The notes beneath the pieces were generated by a model. It saw nothing but the letters and a program-made list of their open reading frames with translations. It was not told where the DNA came from and ran no database searches. The position numbers were made by a program, and so were the translations under genes. Shown here one piece after another: positions 20,920-21,867 of a stretch of 21,867 nt of DNA. The DNA is from Chiloscyllium plagiosum (Eukaryota): the NCBI RefSeq assembly GCF_004010195.1, contig NC_057750.1, positions 1,772,606-1,794,472 on the forward strand, read 5' to 3'. Within the stretch, counting starts at the first letter, position 1; each line of letters begins with the position of its first letter.

Positions 20920-21867
20920 AAATTAAGCTGCATTAATTTCAATGTAAGGGGCCTAACAGGGAAGGCAGATGAACTCAGGGCATGGTTAGGAACATGGGAC
21001 TGGGATATCATAGCAATTAAGCAAACATGGCTCAGTGATGAGCAGGACTGGCAGCTTAATGTTTCAGGATACAAATGTTACAGGAAGCATAGAAAGGGAG
21101 GCAAGAGAGGAGAGGGAGTGGCATCTTTGATAAGGGATAGCATTACAGCTGTGCTGAGGGAAGATATTCCTGGAAATATATCCATGGAAATTATTTGGGT
21201 GGAACTGAGAAATAAGAAAGGGATGATCACCTTATTGGGATTGTATTATAGTCCCTCCCAATAGTCAGAGGGAAATTGAGAAACAAACTTGTACGGAGAT
21301 CTCCGCTATCTGTAAGAACAATAGGGTGGTTATGGTAGGGGATTTTAACTTTCCAAACATAGACTGGGACTGCCATAGTGTTAAAGGTGTAGATGGAGAG
21401 GAATTTAAGTGTGTACAAGACAATTTTCTGATTCAGTATGTGAGTGTACCGACTAAAGAAGGTGCAAAACTTGACCTGCTCTTGGGAAATAAGGCAGGGC
21501 AGGTGACTGAGTTGTCAGTGGGGGAGCACTTTGGGGCCAGCGACCATAATTCTATTCGTTTTAAAATAGTGATGGAAAATGATAGACCAGATCTAAAAGT
21601 TGAAGTTCTAAATTGGAGAAAGGCCAATTTTGACGGTATTAGGCAAGAACTCTCAAAAGCTGATTGGAGGCAGATGTTCGCAGGTAAAGGGACGGCAGGA
21701 AAATGGGAAGCCTTCAGAAATGAGATAACAAGAATCCAGAGAAAGTATATTCCTGTCAGGGTGAAAGGGAAGGCTGGTAGGTATAGGGAATGCTGGATGA
21801 CTAAAGAAATTGAGGGTTTGATTAAGAAAAAGAAGGAAGCATATGTCAAGTATAGACAGGATAGATC
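20920..21867 (+). pseudogene. CR1 ORF2 remnant: APE endonuclease domain and linker
   Basis: KLSCINFNVRGL..DIIAIKQTWL..YRKHR.GKRGEGVASLI..IWVELRN..GLYYSP, then after a frameshift MVGDFNFPNIDW, LDLLLGN, SDHNSIRF. Confidence 0.9.

Larger units (their letters stand above)
19490..21867 (+). mobile_element. CR1-clade LINE, 5' half (5' UTR, ORF1, start of ORF2), degenerate, runs off the window
   Basis: ORF1 and ORF2 remnants listed separately; frameshifts present; 5' boundary is approximate. Confidence 0.92.

Noticed and set aside
1..21867. Prokaryotic-type systems (CRISPR array, retron or defence RT operon)
   Set aside because: No regularly spaced repeat-spacer array or operon structure; all RT and nuclease remnants are explained by eukaryotic CR1, L2 and Penelope-like retroelements in a spliceosomal gene.

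Overview
Vertebrate genomic DNA, probably from a cartilaginous fish (shark), judged from my recall of the repeat families. It covers the 5' part of a Smaug-family gene (SAMD4, most like SAMD4B) on the + strand. The only host coding exon has CDS at 15448-15643 (196 nt, GT donor at 15644), preceded by a probable 5' UTR with four upstream ORFs. The rest appears to be intron filled with retroelements: several CR1-clade LINEs (two retain an SGNH-esterase ORF1 and APE endonuclease), an old L2-like remnant, tRNA-derived SINEs, and two families of Penelope-like elements (PLEs) with GIY-YIG endonuclease and minimal hammerhead-ribozyme (HHR) motifs. Most notable: (i) short HHR-headed PLE terminal units, several inserted alone with 12-16 bp target-site duplications (TSDs), including an 87-bp palindrome centred on the ribozyme stem III; (ii) a CUGGC-loop hairpin resembling a Smaug recognition element inside the Smaug CDS; (iii) a near-identical inverted repeat pair flanking the start-codon exon. 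Family names come from motif recognition, not database searches, and repeat boundaries are approximate.
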